Origin: Azolla caroliniana
Lineage: Eukaryota > Plantae > Polypodiophyta
Reading direction: 5' to 3'
DNA: 64,000 nucleotides
NCBI GenBank assembly: GCA_043228905.1
Contig: JBHGNT010000008.1
Location: forward strand, 9,300,001-9,364,000
This document shows, in pieces, positions 12,067 through 22,169 of the stretch. The number at the start of each line of letters is the position of its first letter. The first letter of the stretch is position 1. The translations under genes were made by a program, and so were the position numbers. The notes below the pieces were generated by a model. It worked only from the letters and a program-made list of their open reading frames with translations, searched no databases and was not told the origin of the DNA.

Positions 12067-14080
12067 TGTAAAAAGATACGTGTTCAAAAGAGTTATGTGT
12101 GAATAACTAACATAGCTGGCTCAACTGGATGGCAGATAATAGACAGTTAGGAATACATAGAGTAGGGGGGAGAGAGAGAGAGATTGAGTGAACAGCCAAC
12201 AAAACTTCTATTACAAAATAATACTTCATACTCAATACATACAATGTGCTCACAAAACAATTTTATACAAGCCCTCTAATAGGGCTGACATCAAGTACTA
12301 ACAAGTACTTTAATGGTCATTAATTGAGCTAAACACTAAATTTCCTACAATAAGCCTATTTATTAAAATATACATCTAGGCTATCTAACGGCCTATTGGA
12401 TTCCACCCTACACGGCCAACCGATTCGATTTTAACCTTATTCAGCTGATTTGGGCCTAGCCGTTTGGCCTTCATCTAATCCAACTCTGGGCTTCTTCAAC
12501 CGATTCGGTCCATGTTGAGGTTGTTACTCAACATTACCGCTCAATCTCAACTTGAGGTCCCGATGTGTCAGCTCCAGCCGGTTCTAGCGTTCGGCTTATT
12601 CACGCCTCACTTGGGCTCCTCATCCGAGTTCTGGTGTCTTGTGACCCCTCTAGTCCAATGCTTCTCAACCCGTCCAATTCCGCACAGCATGACCCCTACG
12701 GTCAGCATGTCTGCTCTTAAGGCCTTTGTTGCGGCATTGGCGCCCCTCAACCCATCGACTCCTTCTATCGGCGTCGGCTTCTGCTGCCTTCTTGTCCACT
12801 TGACCTTCATGTGATTCAGATTGTTCGAATCACTCTTCTCGACTGAATCGTTTGTCTTCGATTCGTTCCCACTTTTGTCAGAATCGGTTGTCTCCGATTC
12901 ATCTTCAGTTCGGCCCATGGCTATCTCAGCCTAGGTCTTGGCCTTCTTCTCCATGACTCTAGTTGCCCCTCATTCGGTTCACTCTAGCTTCGGCTCTCTC
13001 TTCTTGCCGAATCACTCTTCTCGACCGAATCGAATGTCTTCGATTGGTTCCCACTTTTGTCAGAATCGGTTGTCTCCGATTCGTCTTCAGTTCGGCCCAT
13101 GGCTATCTCAGCCTAGGTCCTGGCCTTCTTCTCCATGGCTCTAGCTCCCCCTCATTCGGTTCACTCTAGCTTCGGCTCTCTCTTCTTGCCATTCCCTGTA
13201 CATCTGGCTAGTCTATACTTAGCCGATCTTCTTCCATCTGTTCTCCTCTCTGTCTCATCCTCGACTTCTTCAGACGTTCCAGATTCGAACTCAACATCTG
13301 ATCCAGCTTTTCGAATTTCATTTCTCTCCCTCTCGCCTTTGCTTCGGCTTTCTCTTTCACTTGTCCAGGCCGCAACTTGAGGTGTTGATGTGTTGTAGGC
13401 CAAGCATACTGGAGAAATGCCGCAACTTGTCTAGGCCGAGAGGTTTGGTGAAGTTATCGGCCACCTGCCAAGCAATCGGAACATACACAAGTTCCACTTC
13501 ACCGAAGAGAACTCGGTCGCGAACAAAATGATAATGCACCTCAATGTGCTTCTTCGCTAGTTGGATGTTGCTAAGTTCATGTCGCGACAACCTCTCCTCT
13601 GTATTCGGCCTCTATTCTTGACAATGCAATGTTGGATGCATCTTACTACTCTAGGTAATTGTGGAGCTTCCAAGTGAAAACACATATCCGGATGTTGACC
13701 TGCGATCACCAGCATTTCGGACCTAGTCGGCATCTTTGTAGCCAACTAGTTGTTCGAGTACATCTGCCTGATATAGCAACCCTCTTTCCTTCGTGCCACT
13801 CACATATCGCAAGATTTGATGCGTGCACTGAAGATGTTTGGATGTCGGTTGTGACATAAATTGATTAATCAAACCGAGTGGATAGCTCAGGTCCAACCAG
13901 ATGATGGTCAAATATACAAGGCTTCCGACAATTTGTTGGAACGGTGTTGTGTCACAAGTCGACCCCGATTCTAGGCAAATCTTGACGTTCCCATCAAGAG
14001 TTGAGACAGATTTACAATTCATCATGCCGAATTTGAAGAGCATATTCAACACATAATGTGTCGTTTGAAACAGGTAATAT
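12067..14080 (-). mobile_element. Second copia 3' half nested in the previous element: LTR 12067-12533, 3' extension, RNase H, RT remnant
   Basis: LTR with TG...CA ends followed by a PPT-like site. KHIEVHYHFVR (13357-13590); IVGSLVYLT...ILRYVSGT (13723-14100). Copia homology stops at about 14070-14085. Confidence 0.85.
12827..13190. repeat. Tandem duplication, 2 x 182 bp
   Basis: Units start GAATCACTCTTCTCGAC at 12827 and 13009 and are highly similar. Confidence 0.85.
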
Positions 14081-14922
14081 GTCATATTCTCTTTTGGCAT
14101 AGTTGGCCAGATGTAGAAAAGTACCCTATTTTAGTCTGATATCAAAAATATACGATGCATGCGTACCCCTTTTGCGACTTGATGGTTAAATATAGAACAA
14201 AAAAAACCTAGCAATTACTAAATTGTATATGTGTCCACATTCGTGTCAATTTGCATATCATGGAGCACAATTGAAGACTTGGTTCAATATAAAGTTCTAA
14301 AATTGGTATCCATATTCAAATTGTAGAGTAAAACTACATAAACCGTAATTATAAATATGTGGTTTTGGGTTTAGGAATAAAGTAGTACCCCACTTGTTGG
14401 ACGGGTATATCGATAGTTTCATTGTATAATGTCATATAGTTCATGACAATGTAATTGGTAAGAGTAACAATTACGTACGACATTCATTTATACTATGTGG
14501 AACCAGTAGACTTGAACCGTAGGTAACTAAAAACCTCTTATTATCAAAAACATTCTCCTTTTCATATACAGTCATGCTAACGGAAATGAGAAATTACAAT
14601 ATCATGTTAATATCTCAAACTGAAGAAGAGCATGGTGACCAATTATATGTAAATACAAACTACGGTTCCAATAATGATTAAAAAGGGAAATTATGAACAG
14701 GTGAATTTAATTAAACGATAAACAATTACAGATGTTCTCATATACAAATATAATATGAAGTGATGGTGAACATTATGCCTCAAAATCCTCAATTTTTACA
14801 TTACGCCATCTACATCAATCTATAAGCAAATCAGGCAGAGCAGGCTCCTCTGGCGTTGATTGTTCTAGACTATTTTCATTCGTGTCATCTCCAAGCTCTC
14901 TCGAATCTGATGTATGGTCAAA

Positions 14923-17900
14923 CTATGCTACATCTTCCAGGTCCACCAGCTCCCCTGCTTCTTCATCAATTGGTTCCATTGGTTCTCGTGAAGTCATCTG
15001 GAACATCTCTGTCTCGTTGATGTGTTTTGCTCCGACTTCTTGATCCTGATCTGGACAGTCCCAGATTCCTGTGATCCTCATTTTGATGAAGTTAACTTGA
15101 GCAGGGTCCTTCTCCAATGCAACACAATTTCTAAACATCTTCAATGCACAAGCTGTCGTTGTACCTAATGGTCGCATGAACACAAACAAGTATATATAAG
15201 AAGTAACGTCTTAAACTTGATCGACAGGATTGAAATTAAATATATGTATTATACCTGTGCCAGAGAACAAGTCTAGGACCCAATCATCTAGATTCGAGAA
15301 GAGCTCTATGAGGCAGTTGATCAATCTTTGAGGTTTTTGATAAGGGTTCACCATACTTTTATCCCCTGACACATGTCTTAATTTTTTGGTTACAGCTGGG
15401 CACATGATGTAGTTAACCATGTTACGCTCATTGACATGTGTTCTAGCCTTCTTCTTTGTAATTGAATCATAGTAGCCCACACAAAAATGTTCGACCGCAC
15501 TAACCATTCGATCGTCAGGGCTACGTGTAATATTTGTTTTGATCCTATAGAGAAAGAAAATCAAGTATTAGAGGTGTAAATGTGTACATATAATAAGAAG
15601 TACTGTAATGAGTAAAAGTGAACTATAACGCACCAATGCATGTGTTCAGTGGCATGACAACGGGACTTCAAAGCTGTTGTGACTGACAGTGATTGCCCCA
15701 TGCTATGAAATATGACTATCCTCCACAAGGGGGCCAATGTCAGTTCTGCGAAATCCTTTACCATTTTCTCGATCTGAGGGTACTTGAAAGGCACATCATC
15801 ATATGTTGATCCCGCAATACGGAAACCATATGGTATGTCAGCTATCAGCAAAGTGTAGTGCCTTCTCGGTAACAGTTCGAGCATCTAGGATACTTCGCCA
15901 TTGAAAACACTATAATGAAGCTGTTTGAAAGGATCGGACCTATGCAAAAAACTCTTTACAGTCTCCGAATCCTCGGGCAGTTCCATTTCCTTCCCTTTGG
16001 TCATTCTCTTCTCATATTTCGCACGTTCTAAGTGTGTGATGAAGGCCGCTGGAATACCGTCATTATTGTCGTTGTTCTTTTTCGATTTTGATGGTTTCTA
16101 CAAGTGTCATTGTTGTTAGCAGGGAACATTAGTTTCTAACATATCAACATTCAAAAGACACATACCCATTCTCTAAATACAATAAAATATTCCTCCAATG
16201 TCTTGTAGGAAGAAGTTATCGGGCAGGCTTGTACAACTTCTTCCCATGTCGGTAAACTCAGTTTTTGCATCATCAACTCCTGAATATTCATGTATACCTT
16301 GTGACTGCACAATCAATATGAAATTAGAAATAAGATATTCAAAATAATTGAAGACTTTCATGAAAAGGTATACTATAAACACTTACTTTTGCAAGTCTGT
16401 TACCATCTCGTCCAAACTAAATTCCTTGGTGACCACTCGAGATAGCACGGATATTAACAATCTATCATCATTGATACTTTGTAATGATCTCCAAGGTAAA
16501 AGTTTCATGTCCTCTGCTAACTCCTCGATTACCAAGTCGCTTTTTCCCTTGGTCTTTGATTTCATCTTAACTTGTGGATCAATTCTTCCCTTTTTTTATC
16601 TTTGCCCCTTGACTTCTTTCCGCTCCCACATAGAGAATATTTTGTCTTGGAGATCCCACACCTCTCCGGTTCGAAAAGCTAGTTGAAACCAAGAATCATA
16701 TTTTCGGAGACCTTCGGATTTGGTACTCTCATCCACTGCTTCCAATAAACACTGGCGTCGCAATCCAGGCCACAATCTTGGACCAAAATGATTCAAGGCA
16801 TCCAGGTATTCATGATGAAAAAATCTTATCCTCTCTATACATGACATCTTTTGCCTATAATCGTTGTCATTGTTATGGTCCCATGCGAGCAACTTCGCCT
16901 CCTCGTGAGTTAGTCCTGCATATACCTTACATTCGGCGTACTTGAAGAACGGCGTGAGAGGATATTCTTTGACAAGCTGTCGTTGAGCTTCAGTCGAATG
17001 TGATCCTCCGATTACATAGTATGTGTAATCGTCTGCAGAGCTATACTTGAAATCTGCTACTGTTGGGCATTGTTCTTGATCAACCATTACCAAAAATGGC
17101 ACCACAGTAGCGTGAGGATTGATTTTCATTTTGCTTTTCAGGATTTGCACATGGACGGAGTGCGGCTCCCAAATTTCTAAGGGACGTCTTCTAGTCACGG
17201 GGTCAATGGGGGGCCTTTGGATAGAAGTAATGGGCAAATGAAATAGTTGGCCCCTACGCACAAGTTTAGTCTTCACAATATTTTCTCTTATTTTATTTTG
17301 TTTTGATGTCAGGACACCAGAAGATAGTTGTCCGCCTGGAGCCACGACGTCAACTTGTTGGTCGTCTTCTTCTTCCACGAACTCTAATATTTCTTCTTCT
17401 TCTTCTTTGAGTCGTGGTCGTTTAGTATATTTCTTTTGAACGGGATTTGTCTTCCTAGACTTTTTCGGTGGAGTTTCTGCTTCACCGGTCATCATCTCTC
17501 CTGTCACGTACGGCCGAAGAGCTACCAACAAGTTATTTTTCGTTTGCAGGTCTTTACGCAAAGCCTTGGGATTGCAAGATTCGGGTACTAGGTTTCCCTC
17601 ATCAAGTTGCAATTGCCTGTTGCCAACTGAGCTCAAGACGTCGATTAAAATACTTGTAGAGTCAATGTCTTCGTACTCTAGCTTGGTTACATGCCCGTAA
17701 TTAAATGTTTTTCCAAGCTGAAGTTTCCCTTCCCCATCCGATTTTGCCGTTATCAATAACAGCACCCCATCCTTCTTGACATAGGAGAGACACCATTCAA
17801 GTTCGGGGTAATCCTTATATTTCACCTCAACCGTTTTCTCCTCTTGCGTACTACCTTTGTTGATTTTGGTAGTAGCCACTGATGACTTGGATCCTCCTTC

Positions 17901-18339
17901 CCCCATTGAGTCAAATAAAATCTTTTTCCTCGTGTCCTTGATCAAGGAGCCAGAATCTCGTTTTGTCGGAGATCGAATCTTCAATCTAAATGAAGGAACT
18001 TTTTGTCTGGGTTCACTGAAATTAAAAACGTTGGTGAAAACATAGAAACAACGTACAATTTTATCTAAATCACGCAAATTATCATCTAAATTATGTCAAT
18101 TTTATGGTCCCATGCGATAGTTTTTTATCGCAAAAACAACATTTTTTTCAACCAAAATCCGATGTAGTGCATCGGATTTGCGTTGAAGGTCCTGCCTTTC
18201 AGAATTGCTTTCCAAGTTCGTTGTACAAAATAAAATAAAATTTCTATGTGTTGAGGAAAGGAATCTTTAAGGAATCTTTAGGAATCTTAAAAAATGTAAA
18301 GAATATTACTAACCTGATGATTTTCTTTCCCTTGTTCAT
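14923..18339 (-). pseudogene. Six-exon gene for a ParB/Srx-domain + beta-class N4-C/N6-A DNA methyltransferase fusion (~930 codons, 2 internal stops)
   Basis: Exons 18339-18314, 18015-16387, 16304-16166, 16097-15634, 15544-15255, 15164-14923; all five introns are GT-AG and phase-compatible. ParB-like YYVIGGSHSTEA...KVY...EEAKLLAWDHN. Motif IV LLIADIPYG, spliced HWIKTN, YQKPQRLI..LIELFS, spliced motif I VLDLFSGTGTT..ALKMFRNCVALEKD. Stops at 16596-16598 (TAA) and 15885-15887 (TAG). Confidence 0.88.
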
Positions 18340-18456
18340 GATTCGTGCCGGAGGTAGTGTTGTCGATGATGTGCTTCTGAGTGCTCGAAAATTGGCCTGT
18401 GCTCTGAGCTCGATGGATTCTTTCACGTGATAATGAAAATGAAATTTCTAACCTCC

Positions 18457-18591
18457 TTATATAGAAGACTTTAGCATTCCTTTTAAAATAAAAAATAATT
18501 TTTAATTATTTGTTTTTTAGGAAAATGTCGGAAAATAATATAGTTAATCTAAGTGTTCGGGTAGTTATATAGTTAGGCTTTAGCATTCCTT
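18457..18591. promoter_or_regulatory. Candidate bidirectional promoter with duplicated TATA-containing motif
   Basis: TTATATAGaagaCTTTAGCATTCCTT (18457-18482) and TTATATAGttaggCTTTAGCATTCCTT (18565-18591) lie in the 297 bp between the two divergent ATGs. Confidence 0.45.
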
Positions 18592-18636
18592 AATTTTCTC
18601 AAAAGAATGTTTTAGAATACAGTTAGACTCCCTCAA

Positions 18637-21309
18637 ATGTCTTCTTCTACAAGTAGAACATCTCTTTTTTCTATTGCCCCCTTTTCATTGTCAGACAACT
18701 CGTATTTCTCAATAGAAGAGTACGACCACCAAAAACATTCGCGGCTTAAACAGAAAAGTGTGGCTCCTAGTACTTCGAATTCTCTGTTTTCAATTGATCC
18801 TGTTGATGGCCCTCTTAATGCAAGCTTACAAGCGGACGATTCTTCGTCGATAGATAACAATAGCATTACTAAACCTCTAGCATTTAAAAGAGTTCCTCGA
18901 CAAGTTTGTGAAAAGAGATTTAATTTCTTATGTTCTGATCGTCAACTTCTATGCGACTTGAACAAATCGTGTTGTGCGAATCTCTGTCTATCAACTTATG
19001 GAAAGTCAAGGTTACGTGAAACACGACAAAAATACTTGTCGCTTAATGGGGAAGAGCAAGATACATTTCTTCTTTCGCATATGCAACTTAAATTGGATCA
19101 CAAAGCAGGGCCTAATTCAACGCAAGTTGAATATTTTCTTGGACTAAATACCAAGTGTTGTCGAGCAGCTTTTAAAATCACTCATAGCATTGGAAATATG
19201 CGGCTGCAACGAGTTCAAGAGCGACTTTTGAAGGGCCCCTGGGTACAGTTCGATCAAAATGGTTCTGGATGTAAGGGTCAAATTGGGCAACAGGAAATTA
19301 GGTGGATGGAGGTATATTTTTCAAAACAGTGCGAAGTTATGCCGACAACAGGAAGACTTCATTTGTCAGATAACTTTACTCGAAGGGAAGTTTACCAATC
19401 GTACAAGGACGACATGTCTTCCGATGTTGAGCCTTACATACAGTACAAGCATTTTAATCGACTATGGAGGTTACAATTTAATAACGTGGTTATCCCACGA
19501 AAGGTGCGAATGGGAGTCTGCTCAATATGTGCGAGTTTAAAAAGTATGGCCAAGGGTGGAAAATTAGATGTAGAGATCAAGAATTACAAGAACCTATTAA
19601 AAGAACATCGTGAAAGTCAGGCATTGGAACGTACTAAGGCTATGCATCACCGACAAAAAGCGTTTCAATCTCCCGAAAAGTATATGTGCATGATTATTGA
19701 CGGCATGGATCAAAAGAAAACTTGTTTGCCGCATTTTCAAAGACTCCCCAAGGATATTGGAGATGAGTGTCTCGTGCAAATGCATCTAGTGGGTTGTTTG
19801 ACATATTGTCAAACTATAAGACCGCAAGTGTTCTTAACTTATCCCAATATCCACAATGACCCTAATCTTACTGTCACTGTCATGCACAGGGTATTGCAAT
19901 CATGGTCAGGTATACTCCTGCCAGTTCCATATGTGCAACTAGACAACACAGCAAGAGAGAATAAGAACTCAACTGTCTTCGGCTATCTAAGCATGCTAGT
20001 AGAGAGGGGCATATTTAAAAAGATAAAGGTTAACTTCTTGTTGGTTGGTCATACCCATGATCACATAGATCAAATGTTCAGTAGGTTCTCAAAGAAACTT
20101 GCTCGTTGTAATGCTTTCACACTTCCCACGCTATCCAAATTGATTAGTGAAGCATATACACCAAAGCCTGAAGTACAACACTTGGAAGAAGTATACGACT
20201 TTAAACGTTTCTGCATGGATAGTGACGGGACTAAAGGTAGGGTGCTTGCACCTCTTAATAATATAAGTTTCAACCATGTCTTCCTCATAAAACAAAGATC
20301 GGCCCACCTCAAGATGACGGTGTTGTTTGTGAAACAATACTCATCTAGTGCACAATGGGAGCCCCAAGAAGGTTGTAGGCTCCTTCTTCATATCTTAGAT
20401 GAACCTCTACATGGTGCACAACAAATGCCATATCATGATCGTAAAAATGTAGCACCAAATAGTACTATTGATGAACAAAGGGCATATTGGTTGAGATGTC
20501 TAGCAGAGAAACAAAATAATATTGATCGAACTAAGAAGTATGCCGGTGATGAGGATGTTGAATGGTGGGAGATTTTCTTCACCCATCAACACACCATTTT
20601 AGATAATTACATCACCGGTTTATGGCCAATCCGTATCCCATTCACATGGAACATTGGGATGACATCAACGATATCGCAGACTCATCACCAACAATCGAAT
20701 AATATGGAGCTTCATGATTTAGTTCGGCCACTGCAAAGAGATATTTATGTGGGACCAAGAAAGTCACGTACTGTTGAGGCAAGATGGCAAGGTAATTTGC
20801 AAGAACTACAAGTGGGAATGTTGGTTGCAACATTAGCAGGGGACGATACCTTGGGCCATCCATTTTGGATTGCAAAAATTATTGAATTAGTAAGGGATGA
20901 AGAAAGTAGTCAGACAAAGTCAATAGTAGTCCACTGGTATCAGACAAATTCACCTGATGCATTTACAGGAAAGTATTCTTTAGAGATGGTTAAGGATGTC
21001 GGATGTTCAAGCAGAAAGAGAAGAAGAAAGAATATACCGAGCAAGGCTACTCTCGCACTAGACCGTGTTGACATACTAGTATATGACTTCTCATTGACAA
21101 AATCAGGTCATCTAAGACAAGCAACTATCAAGATAATAAAGGAGAAAATCCCAAACATGGTGTCAAACGAAATACAAAGAATAACCAGAAGCAATTCTCA
21201 TAACCACAAAGATGTTGGGTTGGAATTGGATGAGGATAATGCTTTGATTGCCACTGATGATGAGGATGAGACGTCAGAATGCTCTTCTAGTCCATCAGAC
21301 ATGTCTTAA
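18637..21309 (+). CDS. Sola-like DDD transposase, 890 aa, with Cys-rich N-terminal region and BAH-like C-terminal domain
   Basis: Uninterrupted ORF. Catalytic-type motifs IIDGMDQ, QLDNTARENKN and FLLVGHTHDHIDQMFS. CC/CxxC clusters upstream. VGMLVA...PFWIAKI...IVVHWY downstream. Superfamily assignment is by motif recognition only. Confidence 0.82.
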   Translation: MSSSTSRTSLFSIAPFSLSDNSYFSIEEYDHQKHSRLKQKSVAPSTSNSLFSIDPVDGPLNASLQADDSSSIDNNSITKPLAFKRVPRQVCEKRFNFLCSDRQLLCDLNKSCCANLCLSTYGKSRLRETRQKYLSLNGEEQDTFLLSHMQLKLDHKAGPNSTQVEYFLGLNTKCCRAAFKITHSIGNMRLQRVQERLLKGPWVQFDQNGSGCKGQIGQQEIRWMEVYFSKQCEVMPTTGRLHLSDNFTRREVYQSYKDDMSSDVEPYIQYKHFNRLWRLQFNNVVIPRKVRMGVCSICASLKSMAKGGKLDVEIKNYKNLLKEHRESQALERTKAMHHRQKAFQSPEKYMCMIIDGMDQKKTCLPHFQRLPKDIGDECLVQMHLVGCLTYCQTIRPQVFLTYPNIHNDPNLTVTVMHRVLQSWSGILLPVPYVQLDNTARENKNSTVFGYLSMLVERGIFKKIKVNFLLVGHTHDHIDQMFSRFSKKLARCNAFTLPTLSKLISEAYTPKPEVQHLEEVYDFKRFCMDSDGTKGRVLAPLNNISFNHVFLIKQRSAHLKMTVLFVKQYSSSAQWEPQEGCRLLLHILDEPLHGAQQMPYHDRKNVAPNSTIDEQRAYWLRCLAEKQNNIDRTKKYAGDEDVEWWEIFFTHQHTILDNYITGLWPIRIPFTWNIGMTSTISQTHHQQSNNMELHDLVRPLQRDIYVGPRKSRTVEARWQGNLQELQVGMLVATLAGDDTLGHPFWIAKIIELVRDEESSQTKSIVVHWYQTNSPDAFTGKYSLEMVKDVGCSSRKRRRKNIPSKATLALDRVDILVYDFSLTKSGHLRQATIKIIKEKIPNMVSNEIQRITRSNSHNHKDVGLELDEDNALIATDDEDETSECSSSPSDMS

Positions 21310-21597
21310 CATATTGGTTTGGTTCAAGCTGGGGATTGTTTTACTACACGATTGGAAACTTTGTAAATTTGTTTTGGATGTAAACTCACGAATATGTATA
21401 ATTGTGACTGGTAGACATGTTGTACATTATTTTGTAATTTTGGTGATGTATTTTTGGAGACATTTTACTTATGCCTGAAAGTGGTAGTCATGTTGAAATT
21501 CAATATATTTTGCCACCTTTTCTGAAAAGCTTTACGCATGCATCGTGTCTTTTTGAAAACTGCGTGCTTTTGTGTCTTTTCGACGTAGTGTTCTCAT

Positions 21598-22165
21598 AAT
21601 GCATCCACTTGTTTTATCGATATATCGTTTTTCCATGCACATAATATCCCCACCATCCGCACCTCACACCCATATCTATTGAAGCGATCGACGGTCAGGT
21701 TCTCTCTTCGGGGGCGGTTACAAAAGTTACTATCCTGTTGGTACTTCAAGTCGGGTCCCACCATGAGGTCCTAACCTACTAACCTCATCACAACCCCCCA
21801 ACATCCGATTGTTTTGGGGATATCTTGGTTGGAGACACGCAATCCAATAGTGGATTGGTGTAATCGCTTCATCACTTTTCCAGTGCGGCCGATTCCGGCT
21901 AAGTCAGTATATTCTCTTGATTCCGATGCGTTCGATTCTAGCTTGGTCACTACACTGGCTGAGACATCTCTGTTCCTGCCAACAATTTGCCAGCATGATA
22001 TAGTGACTTTTTGGATATATTTGAAAAGTGCAATGCAGATCGGTTACCAGCACATCACCCCTACGATTGCCCAATCGAACTCCTAGCTAGTGAGCATCCA
22101 CCATTGGGGCCGATCTATGGGCTACCGGAACCCGAACTTGAGGTTCCCCACACATATCTATGGGC
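21598..22165 (+). mobile_element. Gypsy protease / pre-RT remnant
   Basis: Reads ASTCFID...IEAIDG...HPIVLGISWLETRNPIVDW, then a decayed HHPYDCPIEL...GPIYGLPEPEL. Confidence 0.75.
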
Positions 22166-22169
22166 TACC

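Larger units (their letters stand above)
14142..21556. mobile_element. Putative Sola-like DNA transposon carrying a ParB-DNA methyltransferase gene
   Basis: A 24-bp inverted repeat (14142-14165 vs 21533-21556, 22/24 identical) brackets two divergent genes. Unrelated retroelement sequence resumes within about 60 bp outside each repeat. True termini and TSD not found. Confidence 0.72.

Noticed and set aside
16173-16382. Listed 69-aa ORF as a separate gene
   Set aside because: It overlaps intron 2 and exon 3 of the MTase gene, whose spliced frame is different.
14923-18339. Bacterial or phage contamination as the source of ParB-MTase
   Set aside because: Five phase-compatible spliceosomal introns and continuous plant retroelement flanks.
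21577-21590. Reverse complement CACTACGTCGAAAA resembles a CACTA terminus
   Set aside because: No matching CACTA at the left end, and the transposase has Sola-type rather than TnpD motifs.
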